A stretch of DNA of 64,000 nucleotides from Eledone cirrhosa (Eukaryota), in assembly GCA_964016885.1 (NCBI GenBank), contig OZ024740.1, positions 44,144,001 to 44,208,000 of the forward strand, read 5' to 3'. The position numbers and the translations under genes are program-made. This document shows positions 47,401-61,134 of the stretch, piece after piece (position 1 is the first letter of the stretch; the number at the start of each line of letters is the position of its first letter). The notes beneath the pieces were generated by a model. It worked only from the letters and a program-made list of their open reading frames with translations, had not been told where the DNA came from and searched no databases.

Positions 47401-50275
47401 AAAGTTGAGATTCATGACTATTGGACGGGTTTGTAATGTCCATCCAGCATCTGGTGATGTGTTTTATCTCCAAATTCTGTTGCATAGTGATTTTTCGAGA
47501 GGTAAACAGAGCTTCGCTGATTTGAAAACAATCGATGGCGTGGAATATGAAATATACCAGGCTGTGTGTCAACTCCTTCAGGATGACGCTGAATGGAATA
47601 ACACCATGGAAGCTGCGGGAACAACACAGATGACAGCTCAAATAAGGCAGTTGTTTGTCACGATTCTAGGATTCTGCAATCCTGCCGATCCGAGAGAGTT
47701 ATTTGAACGCCATTGGGGAATTATGGCTGATGATTTTAGGCATCATCTTCAGGTCGATGATGATAATTTGATGAAGGCTATTGTTTTGCTTAATATTGAG
47801 CAACTGCTTGAAGTTCATTTGAAATGTTTAAGAGATTTCAATTTGCTAATTCCTGATGAAGAAATGAGGCAGCGTGTCTTAGTATTGAACATGAGATTGC
47901 AGTTTAGACGGTTACCACTCGATCGGAGGGAACTATTCCAGTTTGATCCACTGGAACAGCAACGTATTTTGGATGAACGTATGCCAATGTTGACCCAATC
48001 TCAGAGAGAATTGGTCGATGGCGTTCTCCACTCGATTTCCACTAATGAGAAACTTTGTGCTTTCATAGATGCTCCAGGAGGCACCGGAAAGACATTCTGT
48101 TTCAACACTATGTTATCGGCAGTCAGAGCTCAGAGGAAGATTGCTCTCCCTGTGGCCACCAGTGGGATCGCTGCCACTTTGCTGAGTGGTGGAAGGACCT
48201 TCCACACATGCTTCAAGGCTCCATTGGCTCCGGATGAGTTGAGTGTCTGTAACATTACAGGTGAAAGTGAACTCGCGGGCCTTATACGCAATACGTCTCT
48301 GATTATTTGGGACAGGCTCCAATGCAATGGCACACAGATATTTGCTGGAGGCATTGGACAGAACTTTGAGAGATATCTGCGGTAGTGACCTGCCATTCGG
48401 TGGTAAGACTATCGTTCTTGGTGGCGTTTTCAGACAGGTGCTACCAATTGTTAGGAATGCTCAAAGAGCGCAAATTGTCGATGCATGTGTGAAAAAGTCC
48501 CCGTTGTGGCGCCATTTCAGAGTTATGCGATTACACGATAATATGCGACTTCGTATGTTCGGGCAAAACGAAGAGGCTGAGACATACGGCCGATTGTTGA
48601 TGCAGTTGGGAAACGATGAATTGCCACACGTTGGTGATAATCAGACTGTAAGAATCCCAGACCATTTGGTCATGCCACTGGACCGCCAAGCATTGATTGA
48701 CTGGGTGTTCCATAATTTGAATGCTTTTTGGCAGAATATCTCCTGGATATCGGAACGCGTTATTCTAACTCATACAAATGCCACTGTCGATGAAATAAAT
48801 TCACAAGTAGCCGGAATGTTTCCTGGAGAGGAATGGTTGACCGTCAGTGCGGATGCAATGGAGCCTAATCAGCAGAACAATATGGATGTTCCGACTGAGT
48901 ATCTGAATTCACTTCAAATACCCGGATTTCCCCCACATATTTTGAGGTTGAAAAAGGGTATGCCGATTATATTGCTTAGAAATATCAATCATAAAATGGG
49001 TCTTTGTAATGGTACCAGATTGATTGTTGAGAAATTGATTAACGGAAGAGTTTTAGAAGCTAAGCTCCCAGGCAGAGAGGAATCGGTTCTCATTTCAAGG
49101 ATCATGCTGAGACCAAGTGAAGATCTGCTGCTATTCATTTGGCAAAAAAGACAGTTTCCCGTCAATTTGGCCTTCCCCATGACTGTCAACAAGGCACAGG
49201 GACAGACTTTCAAGCGAGTCGGTGTCTACTTGAATGATCCAGCATTCAAAAATGGGCAGCCGTATGTTGCCGCATCTCGAGTGTGCGATCCTGATGGTAT
49301 AAAATTTGCAATTGATACCACTAACAGAGGAACAACCCTGAATATTGTCTATAATAAAGCTTTGAGCTGATGTATGCATATCTTTAATGCTATCAATAAG
49401 CGACGTAAATGATTCGGTCATTGGTGTCCTTTGATCAGTATTGTGAGCTTTGACAGAGTTATCATTTATGTTCAATGTCATTTATTGTCGATAATGAGCA
49501 ATAAAAACCAACAAGTATTGGTAGAAATTGCCTTCAAATTTATCGCTTCTGATTGCGGTGGTAATAAAACCTCATCATATGCTGAGTCTGGCAAAAAGTT
49601 TAGTGCCTATGGCCGGCCGGGGCTAGAGTAATATTGAAAAACGATTCTATTTTCGAAGTAGAAGGATCCGCCATTTGGAGTTCAAACCAGGCCACCTCCC
49701 CGAGTTGAACTCTGGGCAACATTGACTGTCTATTACTCAGTGGCTAAGATCTGGAAATTACTGAATAAATTTTTGTGTCATATAATTTGTTGTTTTATTA
49801 TTATAGCTGACCACTTATAGATAAGCATGTTATCCATATCCATATTAATTTAGCATTTGTATAAACCATTTCAAGTAAATAGGGACCTTTTTTACATTGA
49901 CGGACATCTTTTATATTAATTATCTATATTTACATATAATATAAAAGATTGGAACTTCCATCATCCTTTTGAGAAACGTGGAACAACCACGTCTATGCAA
50001 TGATACACGTTTTACAGTCAGACAGAAGATGAACCATCTCCTAGAGGTCACTATTCTAGGTGGGAGCACCTAGAATTGTTCATATACTATGCACAAACCG
50101 TACAACGAAGAATCTGGTATGTCTGGAAGATTTTTTTTACTGTTTTTTGTATCACACAGACAACACGGACTCGCCTCATACTGTAACCAGACAAACATCC
50201 AATACAGTAATTTTCTCTTTTACCTGTCTTCTCTTATCATCTGTTTACCCGGGCGAAGCTGGGTACGTCAGCTAG
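44415..50275 (+). mobile_element. Full-length decayed Helitron
   Basis: A|TC 5' end (TCTATTTATTAATTT); RepHel coding region; 3' hairpin TACCCGGGCGAAGCTGGGTAC and CTAG ending at 50275. Confidence 0.93.
44886..49370 (+). pseudogene. Helitron RepHel transposase (23-aa repeats, Zn finger, HUH Rep, Pif1 helicase) with several stops and frameshifts
   Basis: CSHC..MCC; PDLFITVTCNPEW; VIEFQKRGLPHAHLL (HUH); FKYVYKGHDR; DAPGGTGKTF; ATSGIAATLL; FGGKTIVLGG.FRQVLP; LCNGTRL; RQFPV.LAF.MTVNKAQGQT. Confidence 0.93.
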
Positions 50276-51728
50276 TCTATTTATTAATTTGAACAACGTC
50301 ATTATTTCGTGTGTCATAATTCTCGATTATCATTGGTTCATAGGTTTCAAACGACTCCGCCCACCTCAACGACGCCAAACTGGAATTAATATGCATAATG
50401 CCATATGGAGGCACATGGCTTAGTGGTTAGAGCCTTGCAATCGAAAGGTTGTGAGTTCAATTCTCATACCGGGTGAGGTGTTGTTTCCTAGAGCAAGACA
50501 CTTTATTTCACATTGCTCCAGTTTACTCAGCTGTAGAAATGAGATCATAGGGACTATCATTCCACTGCAAAGTGGTCGTGGAGGTGCCACGGCAGAAAAG
50601 CACCCAGCACTCACTGTAAATGAGGTTGGTGTTAGGAAGGGCATCCAGCTGTAGAAATCAAGCCAGCATCAGTTCCCGTCCCACCCTTGCAAGCAGGGAA
50701 AAAGCGGACGTAAAATGAAATGAAATGAATTAAATGAATGCCAATGAGGGAGTGAGAGGGGAGAGTAAGAAACAGAGAGGCAAAGTGTTGGATACACTAT
50801 GTATATGTGTCAGTGTAGATACATGTGTATGTGTGATGTGTGTGGAAATAAGAAGGGAAGGAAAGCAATAACTATTAGCATGTGTGCGTGTGTATGTACG
50901 TCCGTGTATGTTTATGTGTGTGTGCCCGCGTGCAGCGTTCCGCAGAAAGTAAAATCTATCAACATGTGTGAGTGTGTGTGTGTGTGTGTAAGTGCACGGG
51001 TGCGTGTGTAAGTTTGCGTGCGTCGCTTCTGATTGCTGAGTCTGGCTAAAAGTTTGGTACCTATGGCCGGCCAGGGCTAGAGTAATATTGAAAAACGATT
51101 CTATTTTTGAAGTAGAAGGATCCGCCATTTGGAGATCAAACCAGGCCACCTCCCCGAGTTGAACTCTGGGCAACATTGACTGTCTATTACTCAGTGGCTA
51201 AGACCTGGAATTTACTGAATACATTTTTGTGTCATATAATTTGTTGTTTTATTATTATAGCTGACCACTTATAGATAAGCATGTTATCCATATCCATATT
51301 AATTTAGCATTTATATAAACCATTTCAAGTAAATAGGGACCTTTTTTACATTGACGGACATCTTTTATATTAATTATCTATATTTACATATAATATAAAA
51401 GATTGGAACTTCCATCATCCTTTTGAGAAACGTGGAACAACCACGTCTATGCAATGATACACGTTTTACAGTCAGGCAGAAGATGAACCATCTCCTAGAG
51501 GTCACTATTCTAGGTGGGATCACCTAGAATTGTTCATATACTATGCACAAACCGTACAACGAAGAATCTGGTATATCTAGAAGATTTTTTTACTGTTTTT
51601 TTTATCACACAGACACCACGGACTCGCCTCATACTGTAACCAGACAAACATCCAATACAGTCATTTTCTCTTTTACCTGTCTTCTCTTATCATCTGTTTA
51701 CTCGGGCGAAGCTGGGTACGTCAGCTAG
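50276..51728 (+). mobile_element. Non-autonomous deletion derivative of the upstream Helitron family, in head-to-tail tandem
   Basis: Starts TCTATTTATTAATTT immediately after CTAG; 5' part matches 44415-44710, 3' part matches 49543-50275; ends in a hairpin and CTAG|T at 51728. Confidence 0.93.
50406..50736 (+). mobile_element. SINE with family B head inserted in the derivative Helitron
   Basis: TGGAGGCACATGGCTTAGTGG head, (AAATG)n tail, 7-bp TSD AATGCCA (50397-50403 / 50737-50743); empty site in copy 1 near 44536. Confidence 0.88.
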
Positions 51729-52794
51729 TTTATATAATTTTTTCTTAGGCGGTGAATTGGCTCAGTTGTTAGAGCGCCGGATTAAAAGTATTCTGACTAT
51801 GCACGCTGAATTTAAATCCTGCTGAAGAAAACTTTACCTTTCAGTCTCCCTGTGTCTGTAAATAAAGCACCAGTTCAAGGATGGTGGATTGGTGGAGTGA
51901 GGGTTAGTAAGATGGGATTCATTGCAGTATTGTTTCCGACACTGCATTCTGAGTTCAAATCCTGCTTCTTGTCACCTAAAAAGTGGGCCAGGGGTTGTTA
52001 CTGAAAGATAGTATCGACAATGGAGACATTATTACCTTTGTCAGATCTGAAGAGGGACTTCTTTCATCCTTTTTTTTTTTTATTCAAGTCTTACACTGAT
52101 ATATTTCGTCGAGAGGAGGTCTCTAGGCAATACTCATTTAAAATGGTTTTTGTTTTAGAAAACAAAACAGTATTGAATAAATAAACAAATAAAGAAAGAA
52201 AACATGATTTCGCAACAAACTTCTTTACCAACTCAGCTTTGAGAGATATGATCCCATTGTGGGGGATCCAGCGCAAGTACCTTTTCAATAGCCCCGGGTC
52301 GACCGAAACCTTGTAAGTGAAGACAGGTGGAAGCTTGTCGGGTGGACTGTACCTGTAATTTAAATGTCCAATCTTGTCATATGTTACATCACTCTGATTC
52401 GGCGTTACGCATGCGCGTGTCTATGGAATACTCAACCAATTAAACATGAATTCACAAGGTGAATATCCTATTGATTCAGCAACTAAACGAACGGAGAACC
52501 CCTCAAACAAGTACAAATATCGAGTTTATAATAGCTTTATTTTAGGAGTAAGGTAAGAATCTGTAGCTGGGTTATTAATGTATTTGCTTGGCGGTTACGT
52601 GGTTTCTAGTGTAATCCTACTTCGTGGCATCTCAAACAAAGTCACATATTATTTGACGTCTCCTGGGTGAACTTTGGTTGGCAGATACTGCAAGGAAGCT
52701 TGTTGAAGAAAGTTTTCCTGTTCTTCATTAAAATATTTAATATAGAAGATGGTTTAATAACACTTTTAGGCAAGCAATAAGACCATGTCTCCCA

Positions 52795-52955
52795 TCTGAA
52801 TACAGTTACCATCCTTTCTCCCACCAAGTACAGCAACCATCGTTCCACCCACCAGCTGAGTACAACTACTATCCTTCGCCCCACTAACTAAGGACAGTTA
52901 CTATCCTTCCTCCAACCAACTAAGTACAGCTATCATTCTTCGACTCGCCAGCTGA
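52795..52955. repeat. Degenerate ~30-35 bp tandem repeat
   Basis: Recurring TACAG.TAC.ATCCTT..CC.ACCA.CT.AG units. Confidence 0.6.
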
Positions 52956-53259
52956 CATCTTACTCTGCTATTGGAAGAAAATGTAAAAAGGTCTTAACTC
53001 CTGCTGGAATTGTTTGGGTTCAGTGTTGACACATGAATTGTCTTAGGCATTTTATATCTAGTGGAGCATATCCATCTGCTGGTTAGAACACAGTCTATTT
53101 CTGCCAGAGAAAGAAAGAAAGAAATGGTAAAGAGAGATAACCAAAGAACTAACCTCAGTTACTTTATTCATTGACAACGAAAAGATGAAATGTAAAATTA
53201 GTTCGGCGAGAAACGAATTCAGAGCGCAGTGAACTGTAACAAATTTCAAGGTATTATTA

Positions 53260-53433
53260 ATCGGTAGAGCGTCAGACACCATGCTTTGCAGTATAGAGTT
53301 ATGGCCATTTACGGTCCGAGTTCAAATCCCGCAGAGGTTGGCTTTGTCTTTTATCCTTACGCGTTCGATAAAATAAAGCACCAGTAATGCACTGGGGTAA
53401 TTGCTGACCTTGTCCCAAAAGTAGAAACAATTA
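53260..53433 (+). mobile_element. SINE family A
   Basis: Family A core and tail. Confidence 0.85.
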
Positions 53434-53877
53434 CGACGCCCTAATGTCGCTACCAATTCACTGCCTATTGACGCCAATAGCAGTCGTAATAGTTGTTTTA
53501 CTGTGATGTAACTGAAGGCAAACAGGACATTAAGAGGATTTACTGTGTAAAGTTGAGCTACAAATAGTAAATATTGTAACTCACCCAGTCAAACGACTTA
53601 TCAAATACCTTATTTCGACAATCTTAGTCAGGTTTATAATCAAACATAACATGGACCTGATAATCTCTCAGGATTCATTTTCCAATATATGTTTAATGAA
53701 TAATGTATAAAGGACAGGGTGTGGCGAAGTGGCCAGGGATCTTATGACGTCGGATAGGTGTTATGCATCGGATCTCAGCGAGGTTATCTTTGCCTCTCAT
53801 ATTTTCGACTCTTACTCCATACCCCCCACTCTCTCTCTCTCAGGGAGCAGGTAACTATGACATGGCAAGCTATTCTT

Positions 53878-54720
53878 ATTCTTCTTCGTCTTCTTCTTCT
53901 TCTTCTTCTTCTTCTTCTTCTTCTTCTTCTTCTTCTTCTTCTTCTTCTTCTTCTTCGCCCACTTATTCCTGAGAGGGTCGTGGGGGCAGAGTCCTCAAAA
54001 ATTCCATCCAGCGGATCCTGTCAGAAGCAACCGTCTCCGACTGATCCGGCTGGATCCCCAAGCGTGACCAGCCAAGCTCATGGATGTTATCCAACCATCT
54101 TCCTCGGGCTCTACCCAGTTGGTTTCGCCCGTAAAATCTGTCCAGCGATCCTTTCTTGAGACATTCTAACCACATGCCCACAATAGCTGAGATGTGATCT
54201 CTCAATTCGAAGAAGTAGCGGCTTTACCTGGAGTGACTCTCTGATCTCCGAGCTACACAGTTTATCAAGAAACATTACTCTAAACACCCTTCGGAGGAAC
54301 CCCATTTAGGCCGCTTGTATTCGCGATCGTATTCTTTCAGTCATTACCCAAGGTAAGGGTTGGCACGAAAACCAAATATGACTGCGTTCCTCAAGACCTG
54401 CTATGGAACGCTGTGCAGAAGTATGGGATTGATGGTCTGCTTCTTGCTGCCCTGATGTCTCTATACGAATGTTCGAATATTTGTGTTTGGATAAATGGTG
54501 CTAAATCGAAGCCATTCAATGTGGGAGTCGGACTCCGCCAAGGGTGTGTACTGTCATCTCTCGCCGAGGTTAACTTTGCCTTTCAATCTTACTGGATCGA
54601 TAAAATAAAGTACCAGTAATACACTGAGATAATTGCTGGCCTTATGCCAAAAGTAAAAATAATTATTTACATGATCAGGATGGACATGCGCAGCCGGCTT
54701 GGAAGTGGTATCATGACTGG
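53878..54720 (-). mobile_element. RTE (Expander-like) LINE 3' end with (GAA)n tail and an inverted RT segment
   Basis: Minus strand FLRRVFRV..DKL.SSEIRESLQV.PLLLRIERS.L...GHVVRM (53958-54360); plus strand LMSLY..CVWING..S.PFNVGVGLRQGCVLS (54380-54560); SINE piece at 54561-54668. Confidence 0.8.
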
Positions 54721-54934
54721 CTATCATATTTAATGTACAAATAAAATCAAAATGAAATTAGTGTTATGGTTTCACAAAAAGGTAAAATATACTATCATAA
54801 TATTCAACTTAACCCTTTCTTCACCATATTTCAAATTAAAGACACTACCTATAATTTTCAAATGATTTTGAACATAATCAATATTTTGAAATGATTAGTA
54901 ACTAACTTTCTCATTAATAAGCGTGTATAGAGCA

Positions 54935-55150
54935 GTGGATTGGCAGTATCGGTAAAGCGTCAGACAAAATGCTTTTTCGATATTTAGTTACGAATTTCTA
55001 TATTTTTAGTCCACACCTCACTGTGGTCAACTTTGCCTTTCATCCTTCCGGGAACGATAAAATAAAGCCCCAGTTATGTACTAAGGTCGATATAATCGGA
55101 ATACACTTTCCCAAGGTTGCTGGCCTTGTGCCAATCTTAGAAAGAATTAT
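54935..55150 (+). mobile_element. Diverged SINE family A, long variant
   Basis: GTGGATTGGCAGTATCGGT head and GCCTTTCATCCTTCCGGG core. Confidence 0.75.
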
Positions 55151-55290
55151 TAAGCTGCTGTTTGGAGCCTCAAATAACAAAGGTGTTTACATAAAACCAG
55201 GTGTGCTTTCAGGTGGTTGTTATCAAAAGAGTTAAAAAAAGAGAAAATTTATGAAAAGCCTAAATCAAACATATTGTTCAAAGATATAAT

Positions 55291-55472
55291 TGTTTCTACT
55301 TTTGGCACAAGACCAGCAATTATCCCAGTGTATTACTAGTACTTTATTTTATCGACCCCGTAAGGATGAAAGGCAAAGTTAACCTCGGCGGGATTTGAAC
55401 TCAGAATGGCAAGGGCCGTAACTCTATGCGTCAAAGCATGGCGTCCGACCCTCTACCAATACTGCCAATCCA
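55291..55472 (-). mobile_element. SINE family A with an 18-bp target-site duplication
   Basis: ATTGTTCAAAGATATAAT at 55273-55290 and 55481-55498. Confidence 0.9.
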
Positions 55473-56103
55473 GTACCCTAATTGTTCAAAGATATAATGC
55501 GCATGAAAAATCAATAGTTAAATCAGTGTTAAATATTTTATATGAGTATTACCAGCTGATTAGAAAAGCTTTTGTAAGGAGGAAGACAATAAAAAGGCAA
55601 TCATTAATATTATTTTGAATACTCCAGCAAGTACGAGAGACTACCCCATGCTGTCTCAGTAAAGCGTAGCATTAGATGCAGTGAAGTATACATTTCACTG
55701 AAGAAGTTAAATAAGATCGAAACATGCTGGATATGTATTTCATGTATAACCGAATAATCAAAGTTGCTTTGGTTTTTTTAGTAATATAGTTTTTCTTGGA
55801 CATTTAATTATTTATTTGACTTTTAAACCTGGTTCTTTGCTACCAAACTTTCTATCATGCTCATGCAAATAAACCAAATAATATTGTTATAAAATGTAAT
55901 TAAATGCTCTAACAGTGTAACTGAATATGTGGATTACAACATTAGTCACGAATAATATTTTCAGCGTTTGTTCCTTTATATAGACTGCATTCATTTCATT
56001 TTCTCTATCCCCTACCCCCTCTCTTTCTCTATATATCTATCTATGTATCTCTCTATTTCTCTCTCTCTCTCCCTCTCCCTCTATCTCTCTCTCCATCTAA
56101 CTA

Positions 56104-56140
<37 letters not shown>

Positions 56141-57339
56141 CTCTCTCTATCGAACTGTCTATCTATATATCTATCTATCTCTTTCTTACTCTAAATGTAT
56201 AGATATATGTGCGTGTGTGTGTGTCTGTATATGTGTGTGTGTGTCCCACTCTCCTTTTATTCTTTTTCTTATGTCAGCCAACCATTGTGTGTACGTGTGT
56301 GTGTGTGTGAGAGAGAGAGTGGGGGGGGCGAGAGAGAGTTAATGAAGAGGAGAATCAACGACTCGATTTTATATAATGGAGTAAACATAATATTTTGATA
56401 GCATTTAAATCTTCTTAAAAAGCTGATGCAATTACAGGTTATGTAAAAAGAAAATTCAGATTTTAAAAGGTATTTCAACAAAAATGGTGATTGTAGATTG
56501 ATTTTGTCGAGAATGGTGTCAGGTCACAAGAAAATTTTTAAGTGCTGTAAAATGATCTTAATCAATCTCGGCTTCGTTTTATAAATACTTTTGTATGGGA
56601 GGGCTATATACCCTTCCGTTACCATTTCTCTTACTAATAAAACACAATGTCTATGGTTTTCAAATAATCTTGAAAATAATTAAGACTTTGGAAGGTTTTA
56701 GTAATATAACTAATTTTCTGTTTAATAAGATGGTGTTTGGAACATAACATAACAATAATTCTTACATAAGATTATGACGGAATGATTTCAGATAAATATA
56801 AACACGTGAAAACAAACAATTTTGTATGATAGAATAAGAGACAGTTGCAGTGGGATTGATATTCAAATGTTTAGACAAAAATAAATGAATAAATGAATAT
56901 ATAAAATTATTTTACAAACTAAGGCGCCAGTGCAGCTTTTAATTAAAATCAAAGATTTTAGGAAACCCTTCTAACTAGATATAACACTATTAGGTGTTTT
57001 AAATACCTGTGTACATAATAAAACTTTCAAACATTAAATGAATGCGCAATCAATGGACATCAGCAGAGTGTAAGATTTATTTTATCAAGAAAAAATATAC
57101 CCGTGCCTTACTTAATTGAAACTAAACCAAATAATGGTTTCTGATTTAGTCACAAGACCAATAAGTTTGGATGAACAGAAAGTCGATTTAATCGACCCCA
57201 GTGCATTATTCGTTACTTGCAGGGCAATAATCTCGAAACATGTTCAAACGAACGGATGACGGTAGTCATCAAAAAACATAGCATAATGTGGCCTGTTGCT
57301 TACAAACGAATTGAATATGTTTATTATTATTAAATAAGG

Positions 57340-57559
57340 ACGGTGGATTGGCAGTATCGGTAGAGGGGCGGACGCCATGCTTTGCCGCATAGAGTTACGG
57401 CCCTTCACGGTCTGAGTTCAAATCTCCCCGAGGTTAACTTTGTCTTTCATCCTTACGGGGTCGATAAAATAAAGCACCAGTAACGTACTCGGGTCGATTT
57501 AATCGACTTTCCCCTCCAACAAAATTACTGGTCTTGTGCCTATACTAGAAATCATTATT
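57340..57559 (+). mobile_element. SINE family A, long variant
   Basis: Head, B box, core and the extra GGTCGATTTAATCGACTTTCCCC segment. Confidence 0.88.
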
Positions 57560-57753
57560 AGATATAAAACTCCTAAATAGATGTATGTAACCCGCTATGT
57601 GTGAGCGAAATATCAAGTTCTAACTTTGTTTAGATATATATATCAAATTAAGAATTGTTAAGACTTCACCATATTCTCACGAAAGTATTGTATAACAACC
57701 ACGTATAAGCACCTTATCTTCTGCATATATATATATATATGTGTGTGTGTGTG

Positions 57754-57814
<61 letters not shown>

Positions 57815-58879
57815 TGCACAAAGCAGCAGAAATTTATAATATATGTTTAAATAAAAAATAAGTCTAACCGAGAGGCTTATTTACCCTATCCCTTATTATA
57901 ATAGTATGCTTATGTTGACGTACTACATCTTATTAGTGTTCATGTTGGTCGTTAAGTTATATGAAGTTCTGCGCTAAGGTACTGAAATATATGATAAAGT
58001 TATATTCGTGTACATATTGAATAGATGTAACCGATCCTGTGTAATCGTGTACATAAATTTACACTTTTTTCGTATATAGGCATGTAAACATGACAAATAT
58101 ACGTATCTATATGAAAATGATAAATATATTGAATCTAATTTCGGACCCTAGTTGGATTCCTCGACAGAAAGCATTTATATTATCTAAACAACCAGAAGGA
58201 CATACTTAACATAATAAGGTGCGAAAATTGATTCAAAGTAGTTATAATAATAGTTTTAAAGGGTTAAAAGCAACAATGATGAAAGCAATAACAACAATAA
58301 CAATGACAAGACTGAGATTATTAACAAGAAACATTGTTTATTTTGTGATTAGTCGTAGGTCATCTCCGATAGTGTAGACCAATAATCAAAGGCATGCTGA
58401 AGAGTTTTGGAAGGTTTTAGTAATATTTATGATTGCGTTATCTAATTTCCCCGTCAATTTTAAAGATAGAACGATTTGATTTCTAGCAGGCCACGCGACT
58501 GTGTAAATGTTTTCTTGTTGATTCGAGAACATGAAGTCATATTAGCATGTAATTCAAGAGATCATAGCTCAACAACCACGGCACATTGTATCGTTAGAAC
58601 TATGTGCCATAGAATAGTTAAACAGAGAATCACATTTACAGAATACTAAAGAAATTGGAGGACATCAATGGATAACTTGAATGATATTAATTATCTCTTT
58701 CTTGTAATGTATCTACTAAGGCATTGCTAACGACTTAAGTACTTGGTTAAAACAATAACTTCCAAATGATGGTGTAAACACCATTTAATATTAACATTAT
58801 ACTTGAATGTGCCTACATCAATGATAATATTAAGTATATTCTTAGTATATTCTTAGTTCTAGATCTACTACCCTCAGCA

Positions 58880-59840
58880 CAAGACGCACAAAACAGTACG
58901 TTTTCCCCAGCAGAGTCGACTAGCCACTGTTCTCCATGCACTTTCCCAACTAATTCCTGTGTTTGGCTTCTTCCTGGAATGTTTGGCGCCAGACATTGCT
59001 GGACTAGCTGCCCTACAACTTTCCTTTCTCTGGTATCCTTGACATTGTAATCACTGCATCCTTAATGACTGGAAGGTGCGACCCACCTAGCGAAACGAAC
59101 GCAGCGCTTCAGTATTTTGCAATTGCTGGAACTTGCTTCGCAAAGGAATTTGTCCATTTGAGACTTTGTCATTTCAGATTAACTTGAGAATCTTCCACAG
59201 GAAACTTAGGTAGAAAGTGTCCAGTTTCTTAGTCACATTGGCTGCTGTCATTTTCCTTGCTTCGCTGCCATACAGAATTATTGCGCAATAGAGTTTGAAT
59301 TTAATTTTAATGCTAATCCTTTATGTCCAGATTTGACACATCAGATCAACTATGGCTCCTGTCTTATTAATTCTGATATTCACATCACTTTCACCAGGTC
59401 CATCACTACCGATCGCACTGTCCAGGTAGCAGAAATTGTCCACGTCTTTTATGACCTGTAGTCTGATGAAATTGGGGCGGTTATGTTGAGACATTTATCT
59501 GTATCAAATTGATCTTTTCGCAGTTAATTCTACACTCGATCTTTTCTGCTCGTTCTTTTATTTTTGTAGTTAGCCTATTCCATTTTTCTCCAGTTCAGCC
59601 TTGCGGTGCCGATATACCTCACCTTCATCATTATAAAATCAGTTGCTAATATGAGTAGAAGGGGTAAAAGACCGCAGCGCTTCGGGCACCAGTGATGTTA
59701 AAGTCGCGAATATGACTGATCATATGCTGATCTGACATAACAACTAGCTGCCTATAATGTTGATGTTACAGTCATCAGTATGACTGACCAGCTCGAGTTT
59801 CCTATAAATACTCTTAAAGATGTTGAGACACTGTTGGGAG
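58880..59840 (-). pseudogene. Old RTE-clade LINE RT/3' fragment
   Basis: Minus-strand remnants DVDNFCYL.S.I...G..ESDVNIRINK and KLDTF...L.KIL. Confidence 0.65.
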
Positions 59841-60024
59841 AATAAAGGATGTGTTAAATTAAAAGAACTGCCAAATGAAATACGTCGGTGAGAGTTCATT
59901 TCGTTTCCACATCACAAATGTACTTTTCCCTTTCCATGCAATTGTATGCAATAATATATTCATGTGTACATTAAGAAACACACGCACACATATATATTCA
60001 TATATACATTCATACACACACGCG

Positions 60025-60118
<94 letters not shown>

Positions 60119-60224
60119 TGTATGTATGTGTATATATATATAATGTATATGTGAGCGTGTGTGTGTTTGTAGCATAATATCTATATCTTGTGTATGTGTA
60201 AGCGTTGTGTGTCTGTGTATAAAT

Positions 60225-60370
60225 GATAATTGTTTCTACTTTTGGCACAAGGCCAGCAATTACCCAGTGCATTACTGGTACTTTATTTTATCGACCCTGT
60301 AAGGATGAAAGGAAAAGTTAACCTCGACGGGATTTGAAATCAGACCGTAAAGGGACGTAACTATGCTGGA
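60225..60370 (-). mobile_element. 5'-truncated SINE family A
   Basis: Reverse complement of the family A core and tail. Confidence 0.85.
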
Positions 60371-60839
60371 ATAATAAAAGAATGCTGGATAATGTTATTC
60401 TAAAAATACTACACCTGAGAAAAATGGGAGCATGGTTAAGACTGCTACGCCTTAATAATAAATCTGATGGATCTCATCTAATCTAGATCTAATCAGAAGT
60501 AACAATTAGGCTATATCCCATTGATCCCTTTTGAAATACGAATCCTTTTTGATTTCTGCACAATTAATAATTAGGCCCCATATGATTGGTGAGATTGCAG
60601 ATTAAAGGTAAGCTGCAGGTAAATAAGTGTGGTCAAATGGGTAAGAGGGTTGGTTTGTAATCATAAAAGTCCGGGTTCTATACCTCTCGTGGCACCTTCG
60701 GAAAATATCATTTACCATGGCTCTGGGCCGGTGTCAGTCGTTTGAGTGAAATTGGGTTAAGGGAAATTGTTTGGAAGCCTATAAGTAATTCAAAGGTCCA
60801 TCGTTGTCACAATCAGTCATGCTGGAAGAAGGTGCTCAT

Positions 60840-61134
60840 AATAGAGAGTCTATTGCTACAACAGAAATCTAATAAGGCCTCTCTCGATTCGGAGTTAGAT
60901 CTGGATCGCCGTTCCTTCCAATAACTCCTTTCCTTGTCAGGTGGTCAGTGCTAACATGTGCATTGAAGTCTCTCATTAGGATATATGACTCAGTTTTAAC
61001 TACATCTAATGCTGCAGTAACATCGCCAAGAAAGGACCCTCTCAAGAAGAAGAAGAAGAAGAAGAAGAAGAAGAAGAAGAAGAAGAAGAAGAAGAAGAAG
61101 AAGAAGAAGAAGAAGAAGAAGAAGAAGAAGAAGA
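60840..61134 (-). pseudogene. RTE-like AP-endonuclease fragment next to a (GAA)n tract
   Basis: ILMRDFNAHVSTD...KGVIGRNGDPDL; (GAA)n at 61045-61134. Confidence 0.6.

Noticed and set aside
44886-49370. Functional host Pif1 helicase or active Helitron transposase
   Set aside because: Multiple stops and frameshifts, and it is enclosed by Helitron termini
55694-55731. Hammerhead-like CTGAAGA...GAAACATG
   Set aside because: Stem II pairs poorly and U16.1 is missing; at most a decayed copy
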